In this document: in pieces, positions 12,601 through 26,329 of the stretch | Position numbering within the stretch: position 1 is the stretch's first letter | Layout: each line of letters starts with the position of its first letter | DNA from: Phoronis australis | Lineage: Eukaryota; Animalia; Phoronida | Length of the DNA: 64,000 bases | Direction of reading: 5' to 3' | NCBI GenBank assembly: GCA_002633005.1 | Contig: NMRA01000102.1 | Span: 370,833 to 434,832, forward strand | Notes under the pieces: model-generated | Databases searched by the model: none | The model's input: the letters and a program-made list of their open reading frames with translations, nothing else | Told to the model about the DNA's origin: nothing | Position numbers and translations under genes: made by a program

Positions 12601-15600
12601 GAAATCATCAAATTACCACGAGTAAATTCTTCCATATCTATTACAGACTTATTTTACTTTTCATCCTGTCAAATGACCATCTCCTTTATTTTCTTTTCAT
12701 ATACATAACCTCAACCCCCCACATTTGACTCAAACCACATCAAATAATCTGCCAATATATTTCATTCAACTCCACCATTTCAACCGACCCTCTTCACTCC
12801 AACTCCTGACACTAATACACCATCTCTTCCCAGCCACTAAAAAGACACCATCCCTTCCCTGCTACTAAATAAGACACTATACCTTCCCTGCTACTAAAAA
12901 GACACCATCCCTTCCCTGCTACTAAAAAGACACCATCCCTTCCCTGCTACTAAACAAGACACCATCCCTTCCCTACTACTAAATAAGACAACACCATTTC
13001 CACCAGTGTCAAAAAACAGACAATCACCACACAAATGAAAAAGTTCATATTGATTCGACGTTTCGTCTACTCATTAGACATCATCACAAACAATGAGAAA
13101 TCAAGTGTCGACATACCAGTCAGGTTATATCCATGAAGTGAAATGAGTGTAGCAACAATGACACGAAATAGTAAATAGGTCATCACCATAGCTGTAGGGT
13201 CACTGAGCTCCGCATGTTATTCAGAGAACCAGCACCTGAATGGCCAATGACTCTTTAATTAAAGATGATGTCTAATGAATAGACGAAACGTCAAATCAAT
13301 ATGAAATTTTTCATTAATTGCAATTGTCCGTTTTTTGATCCTATTATGGCTAAAAACTGATGTAATTTCCACCAGTCGTTTTTCACTTTTTCGTCCTAAC
13401 GTAATTGCTCGAAACTGCTGTTTTTCATTTTCAAAGAATGATTATCCTGCTACAAATATGCACAGGGAGCTGTTTTATGGAAGTTATATTTGCTATTAAT
13501 AAAATATTAAAATTTTCTTGATTTGTTTTGCACACAATTTCAATGAAATGAAATTCCACTGGTCTGCCATATCATGTGCCAAATTACCAGACCTTGTTGA
13601 TAACCCTCAGCCTTCCTTTCCTCAACCTCCCTCAAAATCCTTATCTTCTCAATCTCGACAAGTGACTTCCCACTCACCTCCATCAGCTCGGCCTTTCTTC
13701 TCTCTCTTTCTTCTCTTTGTTTCTGAAGCACTTCCTCTTTCTTTGCCAGCCTTTCTTCCAACATAGCTTGCTTCCTGGCCTCCTTTTCCTGACGCAGTCT
13801 TTCCTTCACAGCCTCTCTCTCTTCTGCAGTCAATCGTTTCTTCTCAACAACTTCCTCTGCATTCTTTTCTGAAGACCAAGAACATGGATATGAGTTACCT
13901 GCATCTGATATACAGACATACATGCTGTGTTTTAGAGAATAGAAAATTTTTAGAGAATAGAAAATTTTCTTTCCAAAGTCGTGTTGTCAATGAAACCACG
14001 AAACTATCTGCTTTGAGTAGCCATCAGACAATTAGATCAGCAACTGTCAAGGAATTAGATCAAACATTTGCTTTACAATTTAAATTTTTTAAGAATTATT
14101 TATATACAACAAATACAATTCAATGTGTCAGCAAGCTCTTCCACCCATTATAAAAACATAGAGAACAAAAACCGTAAGAATTGTGAAGAAGAAAAAGTAA
14201 TATCTCTTGTGCCATGATCTTTCCATAAAATGAACAAAAGCAAATAGTCATTGAATGGCTTGAAATTCACAAGGTGTTGCCAATGAACAAACAGGCAGTG
14301 TGGCCTGGTTGATAAGTGCCCGCTTTCTTTACTCGAGGTCGTGGGTTCGAGTCCCACCATGTCACCCTGCTAAACCCTTGAGCCAGGTTTCTAGCTCCTC
14401 AGCTCGGTTTTAACCACATATTAATAAAGCATAAAAATATTTCCAGGTGATCAGTGCAATGGGCCCACATGCGAGGCCTGCGCACGTCTGGTACAACGTG
14501 TATCAGACCGCCTGCAATTTTTTTTTTCAATGAACAAACTATTTTTCTCTTTGTAAGATCTGGATAGATATCGAAAAGAAAGCAATCCATCAGTACAGGA
14601 ACGGCTGTGAACAAAGGGTTTCACGTGACTACCCAAATGCAGATAGGCACCATGTGCCACAAGTCCTACCTAGTGAATTTTGAAATCATCACTGATACCA
14701 AACCAGGCACACAGATAGTGTGAATGTATTTCGTTTCGAATTTGTCTAAGAAAGAAGGTATGGAATAACAAGACTTAACACTTTTATTTCCTCAGACTTG
14801 TTTTATGAAGTTATAATTTTTGAGCTGTCAAGACAACTATGGGCAGAAATGCTGCAAGATAATACAAACTTTTGAGCTGTCAAGACAACTATGGGCAGAA
14901 ATGCTGCAAGATAATACAAACTTTTGAGCTGTCAAGACAACTATGGACAGAAATGCTGCAAGATAATACAAACTACAGTAAATATTCCCCTATTGGGGAC
15001 ATTCCCTAGAATTTAGGATGAAGAAACGTCTGCAAAAATTGAATTTCCTTAATTATGGAATTTGGGACAAGAGTGATCATGGCTTTCACCATATTTCTTA
15101 AATTTTTTGTTTTCAATCTACAGAGTGTGTAATTTTGCCATCTTTCTGGTGATTCTTGAATTTGGGACTGCCAATATTGCCTATTTCTGGAAGTTGAGAC
15201 AAGCTCTAACCTTGAGCCAAATAATTAAATTTACCCTCATTACTTTAACAGGGCTCAGTTATGAACAGAACAAAACCTGCCTTTCTTTTTCTCCTTGCCT
15301 TTCTTCATTTTCTCTTTTTGTTCTTTCTTTTCTTTCTTTGCCTTCTTAATGGCTTCTACTTCAGCACTCATCTTCTTTGGTGTCGCTCTTTTTTTGCCAG
15401 TGAATGAGTCAGGGAAGACGGGAGGCAGCGAAGAGAAGTAGTTCATATAGACTATTTCACTCAGTTTGTATCTCTCTGCAATTTTGCTCTGCAACAATAA
15501 ATGAAAGATTAATCTTTAAGCATTGGTTTCAATACAAACATTTTACACCTTCAATTAAATCTGCAATAAACCCACTAGTCAAAACTTGAATTTTTCATTT

Positions 15601-18600
15601 TGAACATTTGCTGCTATAAAATAGATCTCAAAATATTCCTTGCTCAAATAAGAAGTGATTTCAGGGTTCAAGAAGAACAGGTAATACATTATTACTCAAG
15701 CATGGAGTAAAGGACAGGTTCAAGATGTCCGACAATGACGAACAATCTGTCTTCACTTCTAACCTTAATAAAGAACATAGCAGCTTTAAAAGGTCAATAG
15801 TTTTCACAAACCCATTTGGAAAGCTTGATCTTTAAGTGTTTAACAAATTACAATGAATCCATTGAGTTTAAGCTTGATCATTTTACACTGATGTATTGAA
15901 TTCAAAGATGATGCATGAATGATATTTTTTGTAATGCACATCAGGGTAATTTTTATGGTTTACAACTTTTATTGGCAAGGAACTCAACTTGATGAAAAAA
16001 GGATATTGATTTAACACTGGTCAATTTCTATAAACACAAAAGCACATACTAAAAATTTCTATACACAAAAGCACACACTAACCTTCACCGTCCACAGACC
16101 ATTCACAGATTCACAGTGTTGTTTTAGGAATAGCTTACACTTGTCCCGAGTAAACAATCCTTTCTTCCGGCTGAAATGAAGAAATACAGCAATTCCTGCA
16201 GAAATAAATAGTTATTTTCTCAAAACACCTACACAAGACCACATAAAATGGTATTTACAAGACAGATAATAGTATGTACAGTAAGCAGACTCTATACTGT
16301 GGCAGATCAATATTTCATCCCCTCAATCTTGTTAGCAAAAATTATTGAGCAAACAATAGTTTCAAGACTCGACATAATGAGGTGTAGGTCGCATTTGCAA
16401 CTTGAAATTTGGAAATGCGAGCTGAGATTTTTGTCAGCTCGTATCAAGTCGCAAAATGCAACCTGGAATTTCCAACGAATGCGAGCTGAGTTTTTACAAT
16501 TCTCGGCAGATACCTGGCAAATATAAAGCAACTCATATAAATCTGACCGTTATTTGGCTGTTGCCGAATCCAAGTTCAAAAGAACAATAACCGAGAACAG
16601 CCCGATCCTGATGATTTGTAAGTAAGTTACGTGAACATGGGATATGCAGAATCGATTTTTGACGCGTTTCACTGGCTAACATTTTCGGCCACTTTTGCAA
16701 ATTTCCGGATTCGCCAAAGAAAATTTGAGGCCACTGCATAACACGTTATAAAACATCACAAAACAGCAGTGTTTCTACTAATTCGTAAGCGATCAATTTA
16801 CCAAACTTTCTGGTGGACAAATATGTTTATTTTTCGCTCAAGATGTCCTTATTATATGTACCAAATATGTACGACAATATCCCTGATATCGCACTGCGGA
16901 ACTGGTCGGTCCTGTTGTTAGCGCGCAAGCGGTTCCGGCAGACAATCGTGACTTAGAGATGTGCGTCTCGTTTTTATCGCATAAGACAGCCAAAGTGAAA
17001 ATGATAACCCTATTTATCGCCTTTACTTCCAGTTGCCAAGACATTCTCAAACCCTTTTACTCATTTCTAGGGGTACGTACGCGAAGTATGATTCGTCTTT
17101 CACAAATTTGGAGAATTTCCAATTAATCGCCCACAGTTCAGGCTAGCGCCCATCATAGCGCATTACAAATGACAGTGCGTGGTATAAAATTGACACGCAG
17201 CTTATATGGTATGTCACTGTCATTTTACACAACAAATTCAGTTTTCAAAAAACGTCTTTTCTCAATATGTAAAAACCAAATCCCGGTTTTTTGTATACTT
17301 CCGAAAGAAGGTTGCGTGTCGTTTTATGACTGACCTATTTGTCCCGTACTTGGAAGGTATTGAGGAGCAAACTCGCCATTATCTGATGGAGACCTGAATG
17401 GAGCTGGGAGTCGGGAATTATTTCGACGCTATTCATTTGACGAAAAACTACTTGTTGAGTACGTAAACAGCATAATTACCACATTTTTGTGGTGAAATTT
17501 GCACTGAATTGTTCCCGCGCATCCAAATAGGTTATCGTTTCACGGATTTTTTCCAGATGTTTTTCAAACGTCAAGTAGCAAAATTTGGGCTGCGAACATA
17601 AAGTGGAGGGAATTTGCACTCCGAGTTAATTTGAATCGTTAACGACTTTGATGACAGCCAGTAGCAGGTCAGACCTAGCAAAATCCCAGATACTTTTTCA
17701 ACTGGCATTTTCCTCCCTTTTCACATCGCAAACTTAGCTACTCGAATGCACTTGTCGGTTAGAAAGCACTGATTCAACTTTCACGTTGGCAAGTAGCCTT
17801 GCAGTCTAGAGCCTTTCAATGGCGGTCGTGAAGAAGAGTAATGCCGTGCTAGCATGAACGAAGTTAACTTTGCGATCTGAAACTTGTGAGTATTTAACAT
17901 TGCAGGTAAGAGCATAATCTGAACATTTTCTCGATGGTGCGTAAAAATGGCGGGAAAATTTTGAGACCTGGCATTTATAAATGCGAGCTGGATTTCCAAA
18001 ATGCGACCTGGGATTTTGGCTAGGTTGCAAAATGCAATCTGGCGATTTTAATAGCGCCAAGGCCTGACTTTTCCAAAATATTTTTGGCCCACTTCAGAAA
18101 ACAACAACCTGGTCTTACCTAACACAGTTGGCCATCACCACAAATTCCTTTCCATCAGGCAGCTGCACCACATATTGGAAATTGGCTGGGTTTTCAGAAC
18201 TGACACAGGGAGTAGGTTTCCTGAGGGGTCTAAAATAAAAAGATGTCTATAAGGACAACTGTGTCTACTGTCTCAAAAGTTTGTGTGATCAACTGTCCTA
18301 TTCAAAGTTAAGTCAATCAAAGTAAATGTCAATCACTCCTATGACTGACAACCTTGGTGACATCACCACATCTTTTCAAGTGTGCATGAAAGTATACTTT
18401 TTGAGTCCTCAAACAGCAACATCTCAAATACAATGTTTTTCCCTTACCATTTACATGGCTATGAATTGACATCTTAATCTGATTACCCAAAGTGACAGGC
18501 ACAGTTTCAAAAAACAGCCCAACTTTTAAATTGTGTGTAAAAGATGATTATGTCAGTATTACGTTCACTAATTGCCGAGCGTGCCAAAATATTTAGCTAA

Positions 18601-20648
18601 CTAAAAACTGATTCAAAACGCAGTAAGAAATTACTAAGTTATTCGAACTGGAGCATCCCTGTAAATTTCTTATCCTAGAAATTTGACATTTTTCAAAACT
18701 GACACACTTATAAAGTTTAACTGTACATAACCCAAAATGGTCCACAACTCCACACGCAATCTTGCGAGTTGACGGACTATAAACTGGACTACCAATTATC
18801 AGAAATTTGAATAGGCTATTCCATTAAAAACTGACAAAAGTGAAACAAATGTTTTGATTCACTACGAAACTTAACGCAATCCGCTTAATGTGTACGAGTG
18901 TGAAATGAGGCAGCTTGCTCGGGAAGTTTACCAGCATGAGTACGTGAGCTCACTATTTGAGCAGAGAATATGAATGAGCAAAATATTAAGCTTGAACATC
19001 AGATTAACTTACTCCTCCTCACTGTCATCTGAATCCAACACTATCAACTCTGGAGCACATGTCTTTTCCTGGATTACTTTTATCACTTTCACTCCCATAA
19101 CTCTGTAAAAAGATAAACCGAATTACGTACACCAACACATTCAATGAACAACTACAGAGTAAGAAATTAGAATAATTATGCCTATATTCGGAATTAGGTA
19201 CATGGGCCAATATGCGAACCACTTGAATAAAACCATGCCTAAAGGTGATGGTATGGGTGTAGATGCATTCTATTTACTTTTTAACATTCTCAGTTAATTG
19301 AATTGGCTCGTGGAATACAATGAAGAATCTTGTGAACAACATAAACTTGAAAAATATGCCCAGACATACTGCATGTACATGTATTTAGTTTGCACCTAAA
19401 TTAATTGTAAACACTTGTTCACATTTTTAACTGGGAATATTAAATTACATGACACATTAAATGTCAATCAAACATTTGTTTTTTTCAAACATTAGAAATT
19501 ATTCAGGACTGTTTCAAGACTAATTTTGTTCATCCTTTACAAATATGAAACAAGGCATGCACCGAGCTGTACCAGGGACACTCATGCTGACATATAAGCC
19601 TAACTTAGGTACATACCCTATAAATGCAAAATACTTGAGTAGACAATAGTCTTAGCAAAAAAATTCAGATATAAGCGAATGGCCTCAATACGGGCATATC
19701 GGGGAGGCCTAATCAAGTTTTTTACCGATTTTAAGTAACACCAAGTAAATGACATTAGCCAAAACAAACGAGTTCACTTAAACTTATTACAAGGTTGAGA
19801 ATGATCCACAATCTATGGATGGGAAGAAACTATAGAAATGGAGATTTAGCCTACTATATATTTAATATAGAATGAGAGTGCATTGCTGTGCCTAGAAGAT
19901 CGAGTAGGTGGTAATGGGGTTAAGCAGTCAGCAGCATTCATTGCAACTACACCGTTAACAATTTTGTACAGTAAAACGAGTTTCATGTTACCCCTTCTAT
20001 TTTCCAGAGATCCACTTATTAACAGGTTGTATGATTTCTATGGGAATTCTCTGAATATTCATGATTGTCACCTTTTACGACATCAACCCAAACTCACTTT
20101 TCCTCTTCTGCAACAGCAGCATCCACGATTTCGCCCTTGAAGAATCTGTCTTTCACGTAGACAAACACATCATCATTCACATCACTGAGTCGAGTTCGCT
20201 TGGTTCGTGATGCCAGGTATAAAACCACTCGTCTCAGATACGCTGGAAATGAGTCCAAGTGCTTCCTGGCTCGTTCCTCGGATTCCAGGGCCTCCTGATA
20301 GGTAAGTCCAGATCTCCCAGTTATTCCACAGTTCCATACCAAGCTGTTGCATTCTATGACCCGATTGAAAAATTCCCTAAGAGAACAAAAGCCATCTGTT
20401 AGAAAATGGCGCAGTGGCCTATCAGTCATTGCGATCAAAATTTTTGAGACAGGCATTAGGCAAATCCGAAATCCTTGGGATTCACGTGGGAGCAGACCAG
20501 GTGTAAACGCATAAAAAAACAAAACATATACTTACTCGTAATCACGGAAGATTTCGTTTGTTGTCTCACAACAGAATACTTCTTCGTCGGGATTGATATC
20601 GGCAGGAGGCCTTTTCCTGACAAAAGGTTGCTTTCTCAAAAGCGGCAT
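6640..20648 (-). CDS. BAZ1A: BAZ1A/ACF1 chromatin-remodelling subunit (WAC, DDT and WHIM1 regions), 5' part of a multi-exon gene that continues left of 6640
   Basis: Spliced ORF MPLLRKQPFVRKRPP...EVFCCETTNEIFRDYEEFFNRVIECNSLVWNCGITGRSGLTYQEALESE (WAC) ... EWSKQRDDLECDDL, FGDAIMLLEF (DDT) ... QWPQLHQG, TLTEILRLHFLSSG, RYQQRGGY. Exons with matching phases: 20536-20648, 20098-20376, 19013-19102, 18119-18229, 16083-16170, 15281-15488, 13678-13868 (or 13904), 12352-12447, 11320-11458, 10483-10635, 9832-9915, 9148-9372, 7486-7651, 6640-6759. All junctions are GT-AG except a probable GC donor at 15280. Confidence 0.93.
8090..9180. repeat. 36-bp minisatellite derived from a BAZ1A exon end; contains an assembly gap (N 8316-9039)
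   Basis: CCTGGTGTCATGTCAAAGATGCTGGTAGTACAAATA units on both sides of the gap. Confidence 0.9.
10330..10495. repeat. 54-56-bp tandem triplication spanning a BAZ1A splice donor
   Basis: CACCTCTTTGTAACCTATGCACAACAGCTGACTATGTGCCTACCTGCC(AC)AGTCGT at 10330, 10386 and 10440. Confidence 0.9.
12815..12995. repeat. ~29-bp tandem repeat, about 6 copies
   Basis: GACACCATCCCTTCCCTGCTACTAAAAA-type units. Confidence 0.85.
13008..13364. mobile_element. Penelope-like retroelement fragment with inverted repeats and hammerhead-like cores
   Basis: Inverted repeat of about 75 bp (13010-13086 vs 13264-13338) containing GATGATGTCTA-loop-TAGACGAAACGTC; ATTTCCACCAGT is directly repeated at 12996-13007 and 13365-13376. 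Confidence 0.65.
14294..14527 (+). mobile_element. tRNA-derived SINE
   Basis: A-box-like TGGCCTGGTTGAT and B-box GGTTCGAGTCC; body shared with 24689-24873; ends in a T run. Confidence 0.7.
14817..14974. repeat. ~52-bp tandem repeat, 3 copies
   Basis: TTTTGAGCTGTCAAGACAACTATGGGCAGAAATGCTGCAAGATAATACAAAC. Confidence 0.88.
16380..18066. mobile_element. Probable hAT-like non-autonomous element(s) in a BAZ1A intron
   Basis: Clusters of AAATGCGA(G/C)CTG and GGTCGCATTTGCAAC motifs at both ends; right end ...AGGCCTG; boundaries approximate. Confidence 0.4.
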
Positions 20649-23224
20649 CTTGAATTTTGGAGGGAAAACAATGTCCAATTCTGAATGGACAAATTTGGCC
20701 TAATTTTGATAGTCACGACTAAAAGTTGTTCACCAAAATACTCTCCACAATATTAATTTACATATCACACAACCAATCCCACAAAATTAGTGATATTGAA
20801 GCGATAATTTCGACGAAGTCCACAGGACTTTACTTCTCCACGACAAAGAGGTCAGAGTGGCCGAGCCAAATGAGTGTGCAACTTGAGTGAGTGGAACAGA
20901 ATGAGTAGGGGGTAAAATAATTTCACATAACTTTGTGTAACATTCATATTGTTCATTGATATTTTTTCAGGGGAAAAATCAATCTTTATTGTTTACGTGT
21001 GCAAATTTTCACGATCTAGTACTGAGTTTTTAAAAAGAAAACAACGAAATAGTAAACCAAATTTTCACGAGGTGAAAATGTTCCATTTGCAAGTAGGTTG
21101 TCGTTAGATTGTTTCGCTCACTATGATTGGTCAGATTGCTTTATGACTGACAGAGTATTCAAATTAGGCTCTGAATAAGCATAACGAAATACAACGCGTC
21201 CTCTGGTGGGAACAAGTATGAAAGCAACCGGTGTGTTCTGCGAAGGGGCTCAGTAAAAAGTGAATCCGGAATTTGAAAGAACGCTTTTGGCACTTTGGGA
21301 AAGGACTTGAAAATTACAGTTAATGCTGTGTTTGAAGTTGGAATTTTGTTTGATCTGAAGATCGCATATGTGTGAACTCGGAACCCGAATAAATGAACCT
21401 CATAAGTTCGTTCAAATACTAAGTGTGCCGGACCAGTCCAAGAGTTGTCGTTTGCCGGCGGCCGAGTGCGTTGGCTTGCATTCACATATCGCCTGACGAA
21501 AAAGACTTTTGAATGGGACTTAAGTCATTGTGGAAAAAATGGTCAGCTGAACTAAAATGCATTTTCAATTGTACAATATGAATAATATCTTTGCATCCAA
21601 CTCCGAATTCTTTCTGTCCTAGAATGCATTGAATTCCTTCATTATGATTCAATAGAAAATTCAGTGGAAGGAGGGAATTATGTCAAAACCAAAATTGAGA
21701 ACTTACATGACATTTAGGAAAATTTAAGGAATATTTAAATTTGTGTTTTCCTAGAGTAAGAAGGCTTTTATTTTACCAGTTTAGATTTGGTATTCTCCCA
21801 TTGGGTGATAAAGGCTGGAAGGTACACGACTGAGCTAGGTTATGTCGCTTATGTGGTCTTCGTCAGTGCAGTCTTTTTCATGACTGACAAAGAGTGCTAT
21901 GTAACGTTTCATTTTCTGAAATTTTCAAGATTTTGTTTATTTTTATTGCAAATTGATAAAATTTTATATATGAGACTGGTTGTTACAAATCGAGCGCACG
22001 GGTGGCGGGTGTCACCTGAAATAATACAAGATGAACAGATGCAAATAAAATCAACAGAATGAATTGAATTGGTTAGCATTTTCACCAGACTTAAACACAG
22101 CTGAGAACGGGACAAACTCAGCCTCAGAAAATAAAGAAAACGCTACGACCGTCACCTATTTCTGTTTCAGTGTTTACGAACATAATGACATTGCCCATAC
22201 TTGTGTCAGAACTCATAAATTAACACTGTGGGATGTGAACCGTCAGTGGCGGATCTACGTTTTCACCAAGGGGGGGGTTTAGGATTCCCGCCAAGGTCGA
22301 ATCCTAGGCGCGTGGCGCCGAGCGTGGGGAGGTCGGGAGGGGGTTTCCCCTCCCGAGTAAGATATTTTTTTGTTTTTGTAGCCAAATAGTGAAATTTCCA
22401 TGCACCCTGGTAAGTTTCTGGCACTTAACATGTCTCTGGAGTTTTTCTTAAGATAATTAAAAACCCTTCTCGATTTCGTCACATGAACGTGAAACCATGT
22501 TGTGCGCATCTGGGTATGAGTCACGCCACCAGCAAAAATTTTTGTTGGAACATCTGCTTACACACACCTTTTTTAGCATACGAAAAGTCGTATACGAAAA
22601 AGTGTGGTGTGTATACAGGGGTTAAGACAATTTCCAAATATTCAAGAGCATAATTAAGGAGCACCGACGGGGCGTAAAAACTTGAATATCAGATGATCGC
22701 GTAACAGCAGCCTCAAGTTGTTTAAGAACGAAGACCTGTACTGTTAGTCCGGAAATAAACATGCTCTCAACTCATATTCTATTATTAAAAACGACAATAA
22801 ATAATTAGGTATCACTTTATTAAGCTGAATCACGTTGACAACAATTAAAAAACGTCAAATCTATCAGGAAACAAATCATCTGAAAACAGTTTCACGAAAC
22901 CAAAACATCCTGTGCACAGTGGTGAAAAGATACACTGGACTAGTTTGCAGAGAGACCAGATGAGTACACCTGTGCTTATTATCCCTATGAAAATAGTCGA
23001 TCTGTCGCGGGACCAAACAGTACTGGCTGAGATAAATAGTTTTACAAAGCACACTTTGGTAAAAAAAATCACAAGACTAGTTCGCCGAGGGACCAGAAGT
23101 ACACTGAAACTCAGCATCTACACAAATCAAGCTGGCCTGGTCCGTCGCGAGACCTAAAGTGTACTATGCAAAGCATTTTGAATTGAAAACTTCTCTCTAA
23201 AATTTTAATCCCCAGTGGTTACTC

Positions 23225-23460
23225 ATACGTTAGTCCTATCCTTCTGTTGTCTAGACTACCGAGGAATTTGTATATCGGATCCAATGATTTGCTCGTCTTG
23301 GAACCATTCTACCCAGATATCTTCGATGTTTGTTCCCAACGCTTGCACTTCGTCAACTGCTGTGTCAATGAGCTTGTAAGCCTCTACAATGTCAGCATCT
23401 CGTTTCGCAGCTCAGTTGACACTAAGACCCTTGAGGTTGCCAAGTCCATTCAAAAGACTT
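23225..23460 (-). pseudogene. hAT (Tip100/THAP12-ZMYM-like) transposase fragment
   Basis: Minus-strand frame LKGLSVN*AAKRDADIVEAYKLID...NIEDIWVEWF...IGSDIQIPR*SRQQKDRTN, with in-frame stops. Confidence 0.55.
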
Positions 23461-24686
23461 ACATGCGCAACTAAATTTGATCAGTTCATCATGGACTACT
23501 TCAAACCTTGACGAAGCATCCCAGGACCTATTTGCATCTCTTGCAATTTTCGAAATAAACGTCCCAATGTCTGAACGCTTGAAACCCGAAGTACTAATAT
23601 CAAATAAATGCCCATTGGCATGAGCGTTTCATCGGGTGAGCCTTTCTGCGGAAATTCCCAGTATAGAAGACGGCAGTGTGCTTATTGCAGGTAGACAGAC
23701 GGTAGGTGTTGAGGTCGGAACTAGGGCTCCTTAGGAGGCCTATTGGACATCACTTGAGCTCTTAATGAAAAATGTAGTACTAATTTATGAAATAAACACC
23801 TACAGAAGGGTGACTTTCCTGGACGCTGACTCTTAAACTAGTCCGTTTTTTTCGATTACTCTCTGTCATATGGGTGGGTATCTCAAATTATGTCTCCACC
23901 CCGTCAAAATGCAGTGGAGTACCCCATGCTATACTATATCCGGGCTGTAGAATACCGGATTTACAAAAAAAAACGTTAAAAAATGTAAGTCGCCAATTAC
24001 CAAACATTCACCCTATCAATGACCAATCCTGTTGATTAAAACAGAGAAAGCATGAAACTGAAATAAGACCTGAACTATTCTAACAAGAGACCAACTTCCG
24101 GTTATCACACCAGTGCATAATGCTAAAATATCGCAGTCAACGAAAACTACCAATTTGTTTATTTTTGGGGTAACCCTTTGAACAAGCATTTACGATTTTG
24201 TGTATGCAATAGTTACTAGTTCAGGAAAGAGTGACATATCCAGTGAAAATGTTGACTAATCACCTTTGACATGTTCCTCACATTTTGTCGCTTTATATTC
24301 AAGATATAAGTACAACAGTCACGGCAAAAGTGATAAATACAATTTGTCCTTTTTTACTTCAATGTTGAATTATGAGTCTCATTCGAAAAAACTCAAAAAC
24401 GTTTCATAAATTACAATCCTTTGACATTTTGTGCATAGCTATTTGCTGAATTCATAAAAGATGAGGTTCAGCGCCTCAACTATGGCCACTGTTGAGTTGA
24501 TGCAACCAGCGTCTCAAGAGTTTGAGGTTGGCCAACCTTACGAAACTTGTGGATTCTCAAGTGGCGCACGTACGCATTTCCTGTGACTTGAATACCATCT
24601 CATTCGGCAATAGTTCAAGATCGCACGAGTGTGCTTATGTTTTTAAACCCCGGAAGCTCTTCAGTTAAGAATTCAAAGTGATCATC

Positions 24687-24688
<2 letters not shown>

Positions 24689-24724
<36 letters not shown>

Positions 24725-24873
24725 CTTGCAGACGGTTTAGTACACGTTGTACCAGACGTGGACAGGCTGCTCATATAGATCCACTGAACTGATCACCTGT
24801 ACACGTAACCATTTTTATGCCATAGCTAAAACCGAGCTGAGGAGCTAGAGACCTGGCTCAAGGGTATACAGGG
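24689..24873 (-). mobile_element. 5'-truncated copy of the same SINE with a (TTG)n tail
   Basis: Reverse complement of CCCTTGAGCCAGG...CTAGCTCCTCAGCTCGGTTTTA...CGTCTGGTACAACGTGT, followed by (CAA)n on the plus strand. Confidence 0.7.
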
Positions 24874-26329
24874 CCGTAGGAAGTGGGGGGCACCCAAAAT
24901 TTTCAGGCGTCAGCGTTCAGTTAAACCGTGGCAACCGACGCGTGGGGCGGGGACAGTCGAGAAAAGAAAGACTGCTAAATGCGGATAAGAGAGAAAACTC
25001 AAGAGAACATTTTACAACTCTGTATCAGTGCATGGTTTACCTTTTGAGGAGCCTGGCCAGGACATTGTTGTTGGGTTCTCCTCTTTCACAGCACAGGTCG
25101 TCTAGATGCACTTGGAAACGTGCACGTAATCATTCATACAGATATTTCGAAAAGTCGAGAAAATTTGTAAAGCGAAGCTTTTGCGGAGCGTATTATTTAC
25201 CAGATTTTTAAATTCAGTAAGTCAATTTCGCGACTGCAAAACCATATTTTTCCAGAGGCCCCTCTCTGGCAAGGGATAACGGAGACAACTGTCGTTTTTT
25301 TTCTCGAATTGTATATTACTTGAGAAAAAATGATGACCTGACAGATATCATCAATTGCTGCACATTTCTTGATTTTTGAAAATATAGATATTTGCACATA
25401 GAAGGGCCCCTGTCTGAAAGAGGCCATTGATGATATTCAAGTGACCACAGTTTTCATATTTCTATTGACAAATTCTTAGGGTAAGCTCACGGAGAGAGGA
25501 CGCAATGTTGGACTCTATTTTCCTGTTGTTTTTTTTTGTGAAATCGTGCAACCAACTTTCATGTTGAGGAAGGTCACTTCCTGCACTGTCGTCTGACCAC
25601 ACGATGGTAGAATGAATTGTCACTCTTTTCCAAGCTTAATGATGTTTAGCTTTTCATTATTAAGGTGTCCCATTTCAGACGGGACCCTATTTCGGTGGAG
25701 CAGTTCGGAGAAATGTCCCTTTTTACATATAAATCCAACACTGCCAAGTATTCACGAGGGAAATTGTGATTCGAAATTCATCAAAAAACACAAAACATTC
25801 GTGCACAGCACAGCATTATCAAGACATTCGACCCAAACAATCAAATAATGTGAAAAAATATAACAGGATTGACCGCCATTGAAAGGGAGTCAGGAATTTT
25901 AAAGAACATGAAGACCGCTGTTTTTTAATTACACAAAAGGACTATTTCCGATGGTTAGTTATAAAATAATGTTACTGTTCCCTATATTATCATAAGAATA
26001 ATTTTCTTTTGAAGATGGTTACTATGAGTTGTTTGTAAGGAATTCCCCAATGTGGAAAACACTGCTGTCCAGGCTACCATTGGAGTGACCGCGTAGCCTA
26101 CATGTCGAACGAGTGTACCCAAATACTCAAAATTATAAAAAAATTAAACAAATATTTCAGTGTTTTTTTAGGTCAAGTTAAATTCGTGAACCGTTATAGA
26201 TACCTCGGAAAGAGCAAAAATACACCTCACTATGAATGCCCAATCTCCCATATTCACCCGGTTACCCGTCAAAAGTTTGCGAGCATGCATCCGGAAATCG
26301 CTTATAACATTACATTTTGATTAACAAAT

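Noticed and set aside
13899-13904. 6-nt microexon (AG|ATGCAG|GTAACT) in BAZ1A
   Set aside because: The following intron would be only 30 nt, too short for normal splicing; treated as an alternative acceptor.
14294-14365. Possible tRNA gene
   Set aside because: A and B boxes are present but the cloverleaf is poor, and the sequence continues into a body repeated elsewhere, so it is a SINE head.
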